DNA of 61,437 nucleotides, filler included, from Basidioascus undulatus (GCA_000826855.1; 6 parts of 6 records of this genome joined end to end with filler, not necessarily neighbours in it); one strand, 5' to 3'; shown: positions 35,628 through 51,297, counted from the first letter of the whole stretch. Made by a program: numbers and translations. The notes: a model not told the origin generated them from the sequence alone.

Positions 35628-37671
35628 ATGATCGCTTCTACCAGCACTTCCAAATGGGGCGGCAAGCCGCTTTCAATCAAGGTCCTCGGCCACAACATGG
35701 GGACGTCGATGGACGGCGTTGACCTCACCCAGTGAGTTACTGTCCTTCGATGTCAACTAACTAGCGAGGCTCATGACATGCATGACAGCGTTCACTTCAC
35801 CCAGGAGCACCCCGAGGCTCCGTTGAAGTGCAAAGTCCTGCACACGGGCGAAGTTCCCATGCCGCAGAAGCTCAAGAGTATGTTCTTGCAAGACATGACT
35901 GCTTTCTCACTGGCGTATCTCACATCGTGGACGCATTTCAGAGCGCGTCTTGAAGCTCATCAAGGAGAACAAGACCACTCCGGAGGAGATGGCGATCGTC
36001 AACATTGAGCTCGGCGAGGTCGTCGGCAACGCCGCCGCGCAGTTTGCGAAGGACCACAACTTCAACCTGCAGGAGGAGGTCGACATTATTGCTGGGTACG
36101 CCTTTCCTGCAACTGGGTGGGCCATGCGTTCTTGTACTTACGATAACCCTTTACAGCCAGGGCCAGGTACGACGTCGCCTTGTACCTCTCCAGTTCAACG
36201 CAAGCTGAGCTTAGCTCGTTTGCAGACCATCTGGCACCTTCCCCTTCCTGAGCTCTTCGAGGGTGACCAGCGCCGCGCCCACCTGGACATGGCGGAGATC
36301 AGCACCGTGAGTGTCTTCCACACTGAAGTTTCGAACAGAACTCAAAGTCCGCTTTCCGCAGATTGCTGCCATGACTGGTATCACTACTCTCGGCAACTTC
36401 CGCGTTAGTGACATGACCCTCGGGTGCGTTCCTCTTTCACAGTTCTCCCCTCGAAGGTGGGGATCTGACATTTGGGATCTTATTGGTTACTAGCCGTCAA
36501 GGCTGCCCGCTCTTCGCCGCCCTCGACTCCCTTCTCCTCAACCACCCCACCCTCAACCGTGCCGTGCAGAACATCGGGGGCATCGCCAACTTCTCTATCC
36601 TCCCTGCCGGCGACGTCGAGGGCTGCTACGACTTCGACACCGGTCCCGGTAGGCATACTGCTGTAATTATCTCTTTCGTGCATCACTGATAGAGCTTCCA
36701 TTCAGGCAACGTCTTCATCGACGCTGCAGTGCGGTACTTCACCAACGGCGAGAAGGTTATAATAAACATCACCTCGCCCAGAGGGACATGCACGCTGACG
36801 GATTGGAGTTGCAGGAGTACGACAAGGACGGTGCTATGGGCGCGGCGGGCAATGTTGACCAGGAGCTCGTGGATGAGGTTCTGAAGGGCCCGTACTTTGT
36901 GCACGACATTCCGAAGGTGCGTCTCTATTTCTGTGTTTTTCCTCAGGCTCTTCTGACTTGAGAGCGCAATGCTTACAGACGACTGGGCGCGAGACCTTTG
37001 GCGACCGTTGGGGCGAGGAGCTCTGCGAGCGCATGCTGAAGAGTACGTATTTCGGACCGGAGCTTCCGCAGTGCGACGCTGATCTACCATTTCAACTCTC
37101 CTCCAGAGGGTGCGACGCCGGAGGACTGCGTCGCCACTATCACGCGCATCACGGCGCAGTCGCTCGTCGAGCACTACAAGCGCTACGGGCCCAAGAAGGG
37201 GAAGCTGGATGAGATTTACATGGGCGGCGGTGGTACGTGGATGCGCTTTGTATATCATGGGAAACGCGAGGCTGATCCATTCCCTTATAGGCTCTTTCAA
37301 CCCGAACATCACCAACTACGTACGTATCTTCCTTCCCTTGTTTCCACAAGTTCACCCGCTAAGAGACTAGCCCTGTTCAACAGATTCGCGAGCAGCTGCC
37401 CGAGACGAAGGTCATGTTCATCAACGAGGGCATCCCGTCGCTGCCTGTCGGCGCGAAGGAGGCGCTCGGCTTCGCGCTCAACGGCCTGGAGGGCATCGTT
37501 GGCCGTCCGCTTATCGTCCCCAAGAATGTCGAGTCCACGCAGGAGGGCGTCATCGGCCACATCCAGCCGGGCAAGAACCACCACCGCCTCCGCCGGCACG
37601 TCGTGGACTTCTGGGGCGACTTCCCGGAAGAGAAGATCCGGCCCGTGACGAAGATGGAGGTGGTCGAGTAG
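35628..37671 (+). CDS. Levoglucosan kinase / AnmK-family 1,6-anhydrosugar kinase
   Basis: [116 protein letters not shown]. Confidence 0.9.
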
Positions 37672-37789
37672 GTTAGAAGCTGGTGACAAGGGAAATTGAT
37701 TGTTCGAACAGATATTGAACTGTATTTCGGCTTGTTGAAAGACTTTGATGGCTCTAAGTTCGGAGCGCGGACGACAGCAGCATTGCCAT

Positions 37790-39310
37790 ACAACAACGCT
37801 CCACAAAGCGGGTATACGGATAAATCGCAAAGCGACTCAGCTCGCGCTCCATCACGTATCGACCCTCCTTGGAGTCCCGTCCCACAGCCTGCCCATCCCT
37901 TCGCGCCCGTTGTGGCGACAAACTTCGAAGACATGCTCATCGAACCGAACAACATGCAGAGACGGCAAGATACCACGAGCGCGTTGAAGAGCGTTGCGAC
38001 GTCCGTAGCCGCCTGCTCCCATAGATCCAGCAGGCGCAGGCGGGTGAAGGGCGAGATGTTGGCAAGTGCTTCGCCCTGACGGCGGCAATTGAGGTCAGGT
38101 TTCAGAGTCCGAGGGGGATAGTGAGGTGCACAACGTACCATGCATCCGGGAACAGAACATCGCATGTATTCGAATGCTTCGAGCGAGTCGTGCAAGCATG
38201 GCATGAGCGACAACAAGCCATACAGCAAAGTCATGCATTCGGTGAAATGTACCAGCTCCAGTTTGCGCTCTTCAATGAGCCTACAGACACTCTCCATCGT
38301 TTCAAAAACGTCATCGAACACCTGATTTCTGAAGACTTCGAAGTCTTGATGTCCAGGAAGGTCGGTGAGAGAGAACAAGTACATGCCTGGATGTGAAAGG
38401 AGGAACGTCCGAAAGCGTCGGATGTCTCAGATACAGGGGGACGGAGTCCAGCCTAAGCTCCCTGAGCTTTCCGAAGCTGTTCGACCAGGACAGCAACCTT
38501 TCGAAGAAGGATGGAGTAATGAAGGTACCACCCTTAACGCGAGAAGAGGACAGGTTCAAGGTGCGAAGAGTGCTGCACGAAATCGGCAACGAAGCGCGAA
38601 GCTCCCCAAAGGTCTCCTTACGCGCAGAACGATTCCAGATGGCTGAGTGGCTCAAGGGCGCTGGTCTCGACATCCCAGGGTTCGTCGGTGAGCTCGAGTA
38701 CAGCTCGAGGTGAGTCAGGCGGCTGGGCTTCGAAACGGCAGTCACCAGACGGACGGCCAGGCCAGCTTCCTCTTTGTCCAGGACGGCCTCAGTGACGATG
38801 ACGCTGCGAAGGAGGCATCCGCTCGCGACGAGACGTTCAAACAGTTCCACAGCCGTCTCGAACCGAACGCGCATGTCGGCCGTTGGCTCCCGCGTCGCAT
38901 TCGCGAACATCGACATGAAGCCGCTTGAATCTCTGGACCCCTGGGCTGGGAGCGGTTCGCGAAGAGAGTGATTTTTTTGCGGATGTGACGATCGAGGGAA
39001 GGCGAGAAGGCTGGAGCGTGCGCCTTCAGATCGAGGTGGAGGCTCGAGCAGAGGGTCGGGATAGTTCGTGGACGCACGGCAGGTGTGTGCGACTGAATGC
39101 AGGTCCGAGGGAGCGAGACTTTCGAGGCATTGCTGATTATTGCGGAGGGCATGGTAAATAGGATGGAGAACGACATGGGGGATGATGGTGGAAAACAACA
39201 AGCGGGCAAGAGCCTAGAGTCGGGTGGAGTTGAAACATCCCCGGTGTAAACACCATCCGCAAAGAAATGACACATAGCCGAAAGCAAAAGGACAAGGTCA
39301 TAAACTAAAT
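37790..39310 (-). CDS. Hypothetical protein with LRR-like LxxLxL segments (F-box/RNI-like?), possibly frameshifted near 38390
   Basis: Overlapping long ORFs 38311-39201 and 37377-38384 with LTHLEL, LRTLNL, LRELRL, LRLLDL; boundaries uncertain. Confidence 0.35.
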
Positions 39311-40184
39311 TCATCTGATTAAGCTTGGGTCTCAAGCCTAGAGCCGGATTGGCAGGCATCAGAAGTCGGCGCTGGCGCTGATGCTGCCCCAAAGATCTGC
39401 GAATTGTATCTGCTCCGACTCGTTTAAAGCTGTCGCAGCACCTTCAGTCATTTATTCTTCTCGAATCGCAGTTGCGGCGACGGTCAGGCGCAGGGCGCAG
39501 AATGATCGATGGGCTGCGGCCGGTGGACAGTAATTCTAATAGTTAGCTAGTCTACATACCGAGCTTCGAATTCGGTGGGATTCCGCGCTGTGCCCGAGGA
39601 GGTGCGCTCGTTGAGGGGTGCGCAGTTCGAAAAAAGCAAAGCACGACAGGAGAGAGACGCGTTGCCCGGCATTGCGGGTCGAGGCCTTGCGGCGAGCGCG
39701 ACACAAAACAAGATCGAGCAACGGGCGGCGGCGGTGTCGATATAGTTCTCGGGCAAGAAGAGTAATCGGTAGTACAGGAGTTAGTATGGATACACTGGGA
39801 AAGCAGATTAACGTAGCGCCTCCTCTCATCGTCCTCGTCCTCGTCCTCGCCTCGCCTCGTCCCCTCGCACCCGCCTTCGTCCTCGCTGTCCTCGCCGTCC
39901 CTTTTCCTCTTTACACAGCTCACTCGTCACACTCACGCACACGCTCGCGGGCCATCCATCCGCCCATCCGCCCGCCGTCCGCCATCCGCCCGTCCGCTCT
40001 CTCACCCGCTCCCTCCCCTCCTCTTCCTCTCGCACGCGGGCTCGCATCCCTCATCGCATCCGACGACACCCGGACACCCTCCAATCCTCCCTGACCCGCG
40101 TCCCACTCACCACAGGCCCTGCATCCCCCCTCCCCACCCTACGCGTCCTGCACTCGCCCCGCGTCCTGAGCGTCTGCTGCGAGC

Positions 40185-40953
40185 ATGGGCGTCTGCGCGA
40201 GCGCCGAGGACAGGGCGGGGCGGGAGAAGAGCTATGCGATCGACCGTGAGATTGAGGAGGACGCGCGACGGATGCGCAGGGACTGCAAGATCCTCTTGCT
40301 TGGTGAGTCTGCGCGGCGATGGCGGGGGTGGGCAGAGTCCTCTTCGGGACTTGATATTTGATGGAGGGAACGGGATGGGATGGGGTTGGAAGAAGCTATG
40401 GATAGGATGATGAGAAGGAAGGAAGGCCAGCTGACCCACCTTCCCTCCCCCGCAGGCTCCGGCGAGTCCGGCAAGTCCACGATCGTAAAGCAGATGAAGA
40501 TCATCCACCAGAACGGGTACACGCGGGATGAGCTGCTCGCGTTCCGCGTCGTGGTGTACAAGAACGTGATCGACTCGGCGCAGGCGATCGTGCTCGCGCT
40601 CCGCAAGCTCGGCGAGGACCCGACCGAGTCCCAGAACCGCGTCTACGCGGACCGCATCCTCGAGTACAAGCTCGACCTCGAGCCGGGCATGACGCTGGGC
40701 CCGGACATCGTCAAGGCTGTGGAGAGCTTGTGGCATGACCCAATCATACCCAGGCTGCTTGATCGAGGGAGCGAGTGGTACCTTATGGACTCGGCGCCGT
40801 AGTGAGTACCGTCCCCTAACCCCTTTAGCTTGCCTCCTGCGCATACCTCTCCTTTCCTCCCGGCGAGCGCTGACCATCGCCATCCCCCCCTCCTCCCTCT
40901 CCCTTCCCCTCTTCCCTCTCCCTTCCCCTCCTCCCCCACCCACCCCCCAACCT
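40185..40953 (+). CDS. Heterotrimeric G-protein alpha subunit (group III, cAMP-type), 5' part
   Basis: MGVCAS acylation signal, CKILLLG|SGESGKSTIVKQMKIIHQNGY, YLMDSAP; truncated in an intron at the contig end. Confidence 0.93.
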
Positions 40954-41053
40954 NNNNNNNNNNNNNNNNNNNNNNNNNNNNNNNNNNNNNNNNNNNNTTA
41001 ATTAATTAANNNNNNNNNNNNNNNNNNNNNNNNNNNNNNNNNNNNNNNNNNNN
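40954..41053. other. Artificial contig spacer
   Basis: N44-TTAATTAATTAA-N44. Confidence 0.97.
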
Positions 41054-42177
41054 GGGGGAAGAGGGGAGGGGGAAGGCGAGGAGGAAGAGAGGGAAGACGC
41101 ACCGCCGCCAAAAAAACCGGCATGACCTCCCTGGGGACCCTCTCTCCCTTGAGAATCCCCATCTCCCCCCGCGCAGCAATCAACTGGTCGTTCGCCTCCG
41201 TCGCAAACTCCCACACCGCATTCCTCAATCCCTCCTTCCCCTCGCCCGGCAAGTCGCCCCCAAACCGGAACACCTCCTCCTGCACCACGCCATGTGCAGC
41301 GGTCAAGTCCGCCGGGAGGACCATCCGCCTTTTAGAGGCGTTAGAGGGGAGAGCACGGAGGAGGGTCGCCAGGCCCGTGGAGAGCCCGATGTGGGAGAGG
41401 GCGGACTTGAAGAGGGGCAGGTGGGGCTCGAGGGACGGGGGGAGCGAGGGGGTGAGGAGGGAGAGCTGGAGGTGCAGCAGGGCGGTGGAGGTGCTGGAGA
41501 GGGTGGAGTGCAGGGATTCGAGCGTGGGGGGGGTGGAGGAGGTGAGATCCTCATCCTGCGAGCCCGCGAGTAAGTTTGAGAAGGGAGAACGGGTTGGCGG
41601 GGGGAGACGCACCCGTGCGTCAATCATCTGCTGGATCAGATCTTCCGGGATCGGCGCGCGCCGCATCGCATCGCGCAGAGCGAGCGCGACGGGCTGCTGG
41701 GGCGGTCTGCCCTGCTTCGGTGGTGGATCAGCGACTGCACCGACAGGGGAGAGGACACCAGAGTTGAGGGGTTGGGAGAAACGCACCTCGTAAACAGCCC
41801 TAATCGAGTCCCTCCAGAACTGCATCCTCATCTGCCCAATCAACTCGCGAGAGACGCTGTCCCTACAAGACCTCCCGTCCATCAGCCTTCTCATTCTTAG
41901 AACGGGCGAAGGAGGGGCGCACGCACTTGACAGTAGCCAACTCAATATTCAGCGCCCTCAGTGCAAAGTACCCGTCCCTGAGCGGTGGGGGGTAGAAGTA
42001 GCTCGCAAGGAAGGCGCTGTAGTCGAGCCGCTGGACGAGCGACTTGCAGTACAGCGCGGGGGAGGAGGTCCCGCCTGCTTGCGGGGCGGACACGGGCGCG
42101 GCTGTGGGAGTCGCATAGGCCCGGCGCTGGGGAAGGGCGCGTAGGGACTGGGAGAGGGAGGGCCGGAGAGGTCGCAT
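41054..42177 (-). CDS. NDUFAF6: Complex I assembly factor 6 (squalene/phytoene synthase-like fold), 3' truncated
   Basis: Arg-rich mitochondrial presequence, YCKSLVQRLDY..YFALRALNIELATVK|DSVS..IGQMRMQFWRD, GRPPQQPVALAL, HIGLSTGLATLLRALP, AVWEFATEANDQL. Confidence 0.88.
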
Positions 42178-42344
42178 GCTGCGTGTGGTGAAGGGAGAAG
42201 ATCGATGCGGTCATTTCGTTCCCGGGCCGGTGCCTCCCCTTCCGGGGCGCAAATCCATTGCACACAAGTAATCGCCGAAAGACACAGGATCGGCGGTCTT
42301 CCCGCTTCGTCCTAACCACCCAACGTCCATTCGCGCACCTAACA

Positions 42345-43866
42345 ATGTCCTCACTCCTCCCCAGACTATCTCTCACCTTCCCGGCGATAGCTGCTCTCCG
42401 CTACCGGAGCATTCACTCCTCCCCCGCCCGCTGGTCAGGGCACAACCGGTACCTCCCCTCCTTCCCCGAGCTCCTCAGGCTTGTTACTGATTGTGCTGGG
42501 CAGATGGTCCAAGATCCGACATGCCAAAGGCGCGGCGGACTCGAAGCGGAGCGCGATGTTCTCAAAGATTGGGAATGTCCGTCCTCCCTTCTTCTCACAT
42601 CCCTCTCCCCTCCTACCTGACACCCCCGGAGCGGAGCAGGAAATCACCACAGCTGTGAAGCGTACGCCCCCTTCTCACTCTCTGTCTGACAGATGAATCA
42701 GGGCTGAGTCTGGGTGGAACAGTCGGAGGAGGGAACACCAACCCCGAGACGAACGCTCGCCTCGCGCAGGCTCTCGCAAAGGCGAAGCAGGGCAACATGC
42801 CAAAGGACAACATTGCGACTGCTCTCAAGCGGGTGCGTCTATCCTTTCCCCATCCCCTTCCTCTCTCGCCCCTTCCCTCCATACCTCTATCTCCGTCCTT
42901 TCCTCTATCTCCCTGGCTCCCTCCCCCCTCTTCCTTCATGCGGGAAGTTTCGGAGAGAGAGAGACTGATATGCGTGGGTGGGGGATAGGGCGAAGCGGGC
43001 GGCCCCGGCTCGAACGCGCAGACGGTCACGTACGAGGCGATGGCGCCCGGCGGGGAGGTGGGAATGATCATGTGCGTTTTTACTCTTTCCGTTTGAGGGG
43101 GTGCAGACGGAGGAAGCGCTGATTTCACCCTCTCAGAGGGGCGCAGTGAATGCTTGACCGACGTGCGTCCCCTCTCCTTACCCCTTCCCTCTGCCTTCCC
43201 TCTCCATCTCCCTCATCTCTCCCTCTCCCAACCGCATCTTCCCTCCCTCGTGGCGCTGACTTTCTCGCGAGCGCTCGCGCAGAACCCCGCACGCACCAAC
43301 CACCTCATAAAAGAGTACCTATCCAAGTACGGTGCGCGCGCCGCCTCCACGGCATATCTCTTCGACCGCAAGGGCGTGATCAGCCTCACCCCCGCGCCAG
43401 GCACGGGGTTCGAGGAGGTGTTTGAGCTTTCCTTGGAGGGCGGGGCGGAGGACGTTAGGGTGCGGGAGAGGAGCGATGGGGAGGAGGAAGGGGAGGATGA
43501 AGGCGGTATTGAGGTTCGTTTATCCCTTTATCGACCTTCATTCCTCCCTGCTTCCCCGTTTCTTTCTTTCCTCCCTTCCTCTCTCCCTCTACCTGGCTCT
43601 CTCCCATTCCCCCAGACCATCTGACCAATCCTCTGCATGTGCAGGTAATAACCCCCCCCACCCTCCTCTCCCCCCTCTCCCTCTCCCTCTCAGCCGCGCA
43701 GCACACGCTGCACTCCATCGACCTCGCCTACGTGCCGAAGGACGGCGGCGAGGGCGTGGACGTCGATGAGGAAAGGAGAGAGAAGATCGAGCGGCTCGCA
43801 GAGGCCCTGGAGGACGAAGCGGGCGCGAATGGGGTGTGGACGAATTTGACGGGGTGGGGTGCGTAG
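42345..43866 (+). CDS. YebC/TACO1-family mitochondrial translational regulator
   Basis: Presequence then SGHNR|WSKIRHAKG, NARLAQAL..NMPKDNI..ALKR, VTYEAMAPGG, ECLTD|NPART, YLFDRKG, VWTN. Confidence 0.9.
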
Positions 43867-44368
43867 GCGGGGGAGGGGGAGGAGGTGTGGACGAGGGGTT
43901 GATGCGAGCTGGCATGGATGGGACCGGATGGGGCATGACGGGCTTTCGACTGATGGATCCAGGACTTTTGGGCTCGCATCTCCCGGTTCCGTCTACACCC
44001 CTCGCCTCTGTCTCTTTCACATCTCGATCATGGCCTTCCCATTCCGCTGGACATTGGAATGCGATCCCGCCGACCCGCTGGCTGCAGCTGGTTCGCTGCT
44101 AACCCGCCCACCCACCACGCTCAGCGCTCGCCCTCTCCCCCGGCGTCGTGCACGGCGGGCAACTCGCTCAATCGGCTCCGCCTCTATACTAACTGGGAGA
44201 TCCACCCTCCTTCCTTCCTTACGCCCTCACTCGCTCGCTCGAATACCGCGCACAGGCGAAGCAGGTCCCTTGTCTACCGTTCCTGCTGCTGCTGGTGCTT
44301 CGATCGCAAACCGGCGGAAGGCGGCACTTCTCTATCATATTTCTGAGCCCTCCGGGAGCGGCTTCGAC

Positions 44369-46273
44369 ATGGCTGATCAACCGCCTAGCACTCAGCGCTT
44401 ACTCGTTCACCGTTTGCGCTGCACACTCGCAACGCTCTCGCGGTCGTAGTCATTCCTCTTGGCTGACTCGGACCACTAGATGATTGCATCATCAACCGAA
44501 GGCTCGGCGCCTGCCTGGCCTGCCTAACAGCGCGTGGAAACGGCTGTCCATCGACTTGACATTCTGGGTCAGTTTCGGTTACATTCTGGGTCGGTTTCGG
44601 TTAGACCGCCTGTCATAATGTCCCCACTTCCGGTCTTGCACATGCACGTTGAGTCTTCCCAAACGTCGAGTCGAAACACTCTAAGCTCCGCCAAGTCATG
44701 TTGCCACAGCGGAGGTGTCAGAAGGCCGTAAACGCTGGTATTGGGCGGACAGGTTCTTGGAACCATTGTGGATTAACGGAGATGCACTCCGTTCTGCCCT
44801 GCTTCGAGGGGGCTCGGACGTCTGGATTTCAGAACTGGCAAGGGCGCGTTCGCTGGCAGGGCGCTGGGATTCATTAATGGCGTCAATTATTCGCTCGAAG
44901 GAGGCATCCGAATTGTGCTTCCGAGCGGCGAGGGGGGTGACACAGGAGTCTATCTCTTAAGATGATATCTAATTTTAACTGGAAGAGGGAGAAGAGAGAG
45001 CACCCGTCTGATTACCTACGCCGCGGAGCAACTGGTTGTCGTTGCGAGGTCTTTGCCGTGGGGATCTTTCACGTAAAGCTGTAAGTTCAACAGGATTTAA
45101 TGTCTACTTACTTACTTATGTTTGTATAGCCCGATCATTCGGCTGGACTGACGGTGGCTCATCCCCTCTTTGACTCCGCGGAATCAACATTGCTCGAAGC
45201 CCCCTTCGCGTCCCCTGCTACATTGCCCGCACCATCGCGTCGCCGTCCCCGCATGGACTTCGCCCTACAGGCCCATGATTATTTCAGCGACCCGTTGGTG
45301 CAAAGGGAGGCGCAGCGGGCAATCTGCAACCCAGTTGGCACCATGAAACGACTTAGCGACTTAGATACTGCTACGGACGACTTCAACTTCCTCGCCACGG
45401 TCAACTTATCAGTGGTTTGCCCCGAAGGAGCTGTAAGTCGAGATCATAAATCATCAGGACTAGGGCATTCTCAGCTGAGGTGGAATGTAGGAAACGTTCG
45501 AACGGGCAGGTGTCTTGCCTGCGCTGGTGGCCCGTTTCCTGAATGCGCGTACTCCAAGGCGGTCACAAAAAATGGCAACCTCCTCTTCGAGACATCCCAT
45601 AGGGCCTTTCTGGAGGACTCATGCGAAAGCACTTCAACAGGTACAACCTTTCCCGCCTGGGGACTGGCCTTCTCGAGCATCGGCGTGCTCTTGGCGGCGC
45701 GAGAACGCGGCTGTCGCTTTTCGGAGGACACGAAGGCCGTTTTCATGCAGAGTTTCCCCAAGATGGTCGAATGTACGAGGAGCTACTTAAATCACCAGTG
45801 CCCGCTCTTGAAGAGGCTGCTATCCATCTACAGATGTGTAACGACAGAGCTTCGCTGGCGCGCGACCGGAGCTGGGCAGTAAAGGTCGTCTCACCAGGAT
45901 TGCTTCTTTGGATTCACGCCGTGTAATCTTTTGGGGAACGCCGAGAGTAAGCCATCCGGTCTAGGTAAAGGTAGGCATCCAGGCGCTCATTTACTAGAAG
46001 TATTGCGGAGATTCGCCTTCTACCGCTTGCTGCGCACATCTGGCTGCATACCTCACCTTCGGACGAAGACATGCTCCTGGCCCTGCAGCCCCTCTGCAAA
46101 ATCCTCCGTGACAACTTCCCTTCGTCGGAACGCGACTCCGCTATGGATGCCTTCTTGATGAGTTTCGAAGAGATACCGCTGTGCGCAGAGTACGAAAGCT
46201 GCATAGCGCTGACCATGGACGACGTCCGCTGCATGGCGTGCTGCGAGCCGGCGCTTGCATGCTCCGTTGCCTA
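44369..46273 (+). pseudogene. Degenerate lineage-specific gene ending in a broken MYND-like Cys cluster
   Basis: Series of same-strand ORF pieces (44715-44960, 45154-45882, 45931-46274) split by stops and frameshifts; ends RCMACCEPALACS. Confidence 0.3.
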
Positions 46274-46274
46274 G

Positions 46275-48909
<2,635 letters not shown>

Positions 48910-51197
48910 GAATGATAGAGGCGATGAGGGTGACAGTGAGAATAAGAGAGGGAAGCGGGGTTTAGCTGTAAAATTTGAGAGTAGAGGAAGACATGTGGTT
49001 TGTTGCTGCTGCAGCGAGTGCCACCAGCCAAACCTCTGAGGGTTTCCGTTTAAGGCAGCAACGAGTGACCAGGGCGTTCTGCTCTCTCCTCTCCCGCCTA
49101 TACCGCTGCCCCTCGCCGCTCGGGCTTGAACTCCTTCTCGCAACTTGCAAGTGTCAGAGCGGTACCGCGAGGAGCACAGACATCGTGTCTGTCGCGGGGT
49201 CCGAGTCAGAGGGATGGTACAAGGCGACAGCGGATGTCGCTCATTGATAGACGTCCGCGGCACGGACACCTTCAGCTGAAGAGCTGCGCTACCGTTTATT
49301 GAAAGACTGGAACTGCACTTCCATCTGTGACTCCATAAATTGACATTTAAGTGAACAGAACAACTCACTGTAAGTGGTATCTAAAACGCATCAACCAGAG
49401 AGTCCGTCATAGAACTTCCCAAATAGCCTGTGAACCTCATCCACGTCGTGCGTCCTGCTGAACAGCAGCATCCACCGCATATTTCTCAACGCTTGCTGCC
49501 CTTTGTCCATCTGCCAGTCCACGCATTAAGCTTCGGCTTCCGCGAAGCCGGCGGAGTGGAAGAGAGAATGCGGAGAAGGTAGGAAAGTGGCATGCGGCCG
49601 CCTCTGCCATAGTTAAGAGACTTCAAGGAAATATTTGGAAGCTTGCAAAACGAGACAGGTGGAAGATGGTGCGGTCAGTGGCTGTCCTACGTGACTGAAC
49701 CGAAACCGCGACCGAAACCGCGACCCACCTGCATCCCATGAACCCAACTATGTATCCCATCCCAGCCTTCCGGAAGCGAGTTCGTGAGCTGTCCTCCAAG
49801 CCTCCAACGGTAGCGCTCGCTCTCGCCATCGAATTGACCATTCATGCTCCTGACCCATCGCCCTGGAGGGGTGAACCAAAAAATGAGGGCAAGAACGCGT
49901 TCATGGCACTGTACAACTGTCCGACTCGAAACCAGGTTCTTGCCTCTCAAGGTGGGCATTTTGATCGAAAGACCTTTTCGACATCCGTGGCAGTCAGCAG
50001 GCACAGCTGGCAATGGAATGGGACCTGAGACGGGCAACGGCTCAGCACGGGCCATACACTGCCTTTCTTTTGTTCTGTAAGCGCCCGCACGACCTTTGCC
50101 CTCGCTTTTGTTGTGTTTCTCATTGCAACTCAAAAACACTATGAGGCGGATGGCGGATTGTTGGCGCAAGAGGTGGGCGGCATGCAACAGCGTCACGGCA
50201 AAGGGAAGAGGTGAAGGCATAATCAAGCGAAAGGGTTTTCATGCCCAGCGAGTCAAATTCCGACCAAGATGCACTATGAGAGAAAGGGTCAATGAGAGGC
50301 GTTTTGGTGCGCGAGGTTTGTATCAAAAATTTCCGCATCTGGTTAAGCAAGTGCCCGTATTCCAGTCACGCGACGTTGCGAAGAGGAATGACCTGCCGTG
50401 CTTGGGGAAGGCCCTTCACCTGGTTCCTCTTTATACGCAACTGCTTACCTGTACGTCCTGCAGAGGTGGCGAACACTATTGAGATGCGCCAAGCTCAAGA
50501 AGTGAACTAGGACGCGTGGCAGCAGGATCAACGCTAGAAAATTGACTTGCCAATTCACAAGACGCGCATGATACTATCCCATAGAGAACGTCTCCAGCAA
50601 CGGCGATGGTCTTTCACCATGCCTTGCGCCTGTCTTCGAGCACCCGAGTCAGGAGACCGCGGCACAGCTCAGCGGTGCAGCCAGTGCGCTTGTAAAGTCC
50701 AGGTGCCTAATTTAACCATTCAATTTACTCTGATCCAATACCTTGATGGCCAATCCCCTCTTCACTGCTAGAACAGGCAAACGCGGCAGCATCTATACAA
50801 GCGGGTACGGCATGGATCAGGCATTTCGATGGCCAAAGTGGGTTCAAAGCATCGAGCAGGGAATAACAAAGCGAGATATAAACATCTAGTAAGCCTGTAT
50901 ACGTCAGGCAATAACGAAGGGCGAGAGCGGCGGCGTGTTCCAGTCGGGGTTACCGTTGGTATCGAGGTTGGGACCGCCTGTGATGCGCACCGTACGGTTT
51001 GTTTGTTTGTAATCCGACTTATAGTACACATCGGCGCCGAACGGCGTAAAGCGTGCAGTAGAGACTGGACAGGGGAGTAACGACAAATAACAGCTGAATA
51101 AGCTGACCGAAGAAAACGTGGCTGCGAGTAAAAGAGGTCTCCAAAGGAACACTAGATTGGGGTTTTAACCCTGCAAGGCGATAGAATTTGGGGGGGG

Positions 51198-51297
51198 NNN
51201 NNNNNNNNNNNNNNNNNNNNNNNNNNNNNNNNNNNNNNNNNTTAATTAATTAANNNNNNNNNNNNNNNNNNNNNNNNNNNNNNNNNNNNNNNNNNNN
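51198..51297. other. Artificial contig spacer
   Basis: N44-TTAATTAATTAA-N44. Confidence 0.97.

Noticed and set aside
50290..50380. KNFRIWL resembling ribosomal protein L20 (KNFGIWL), suggesting a retrocopy
   Set aside because: Flanking residues do not continue the similarity; likely chance
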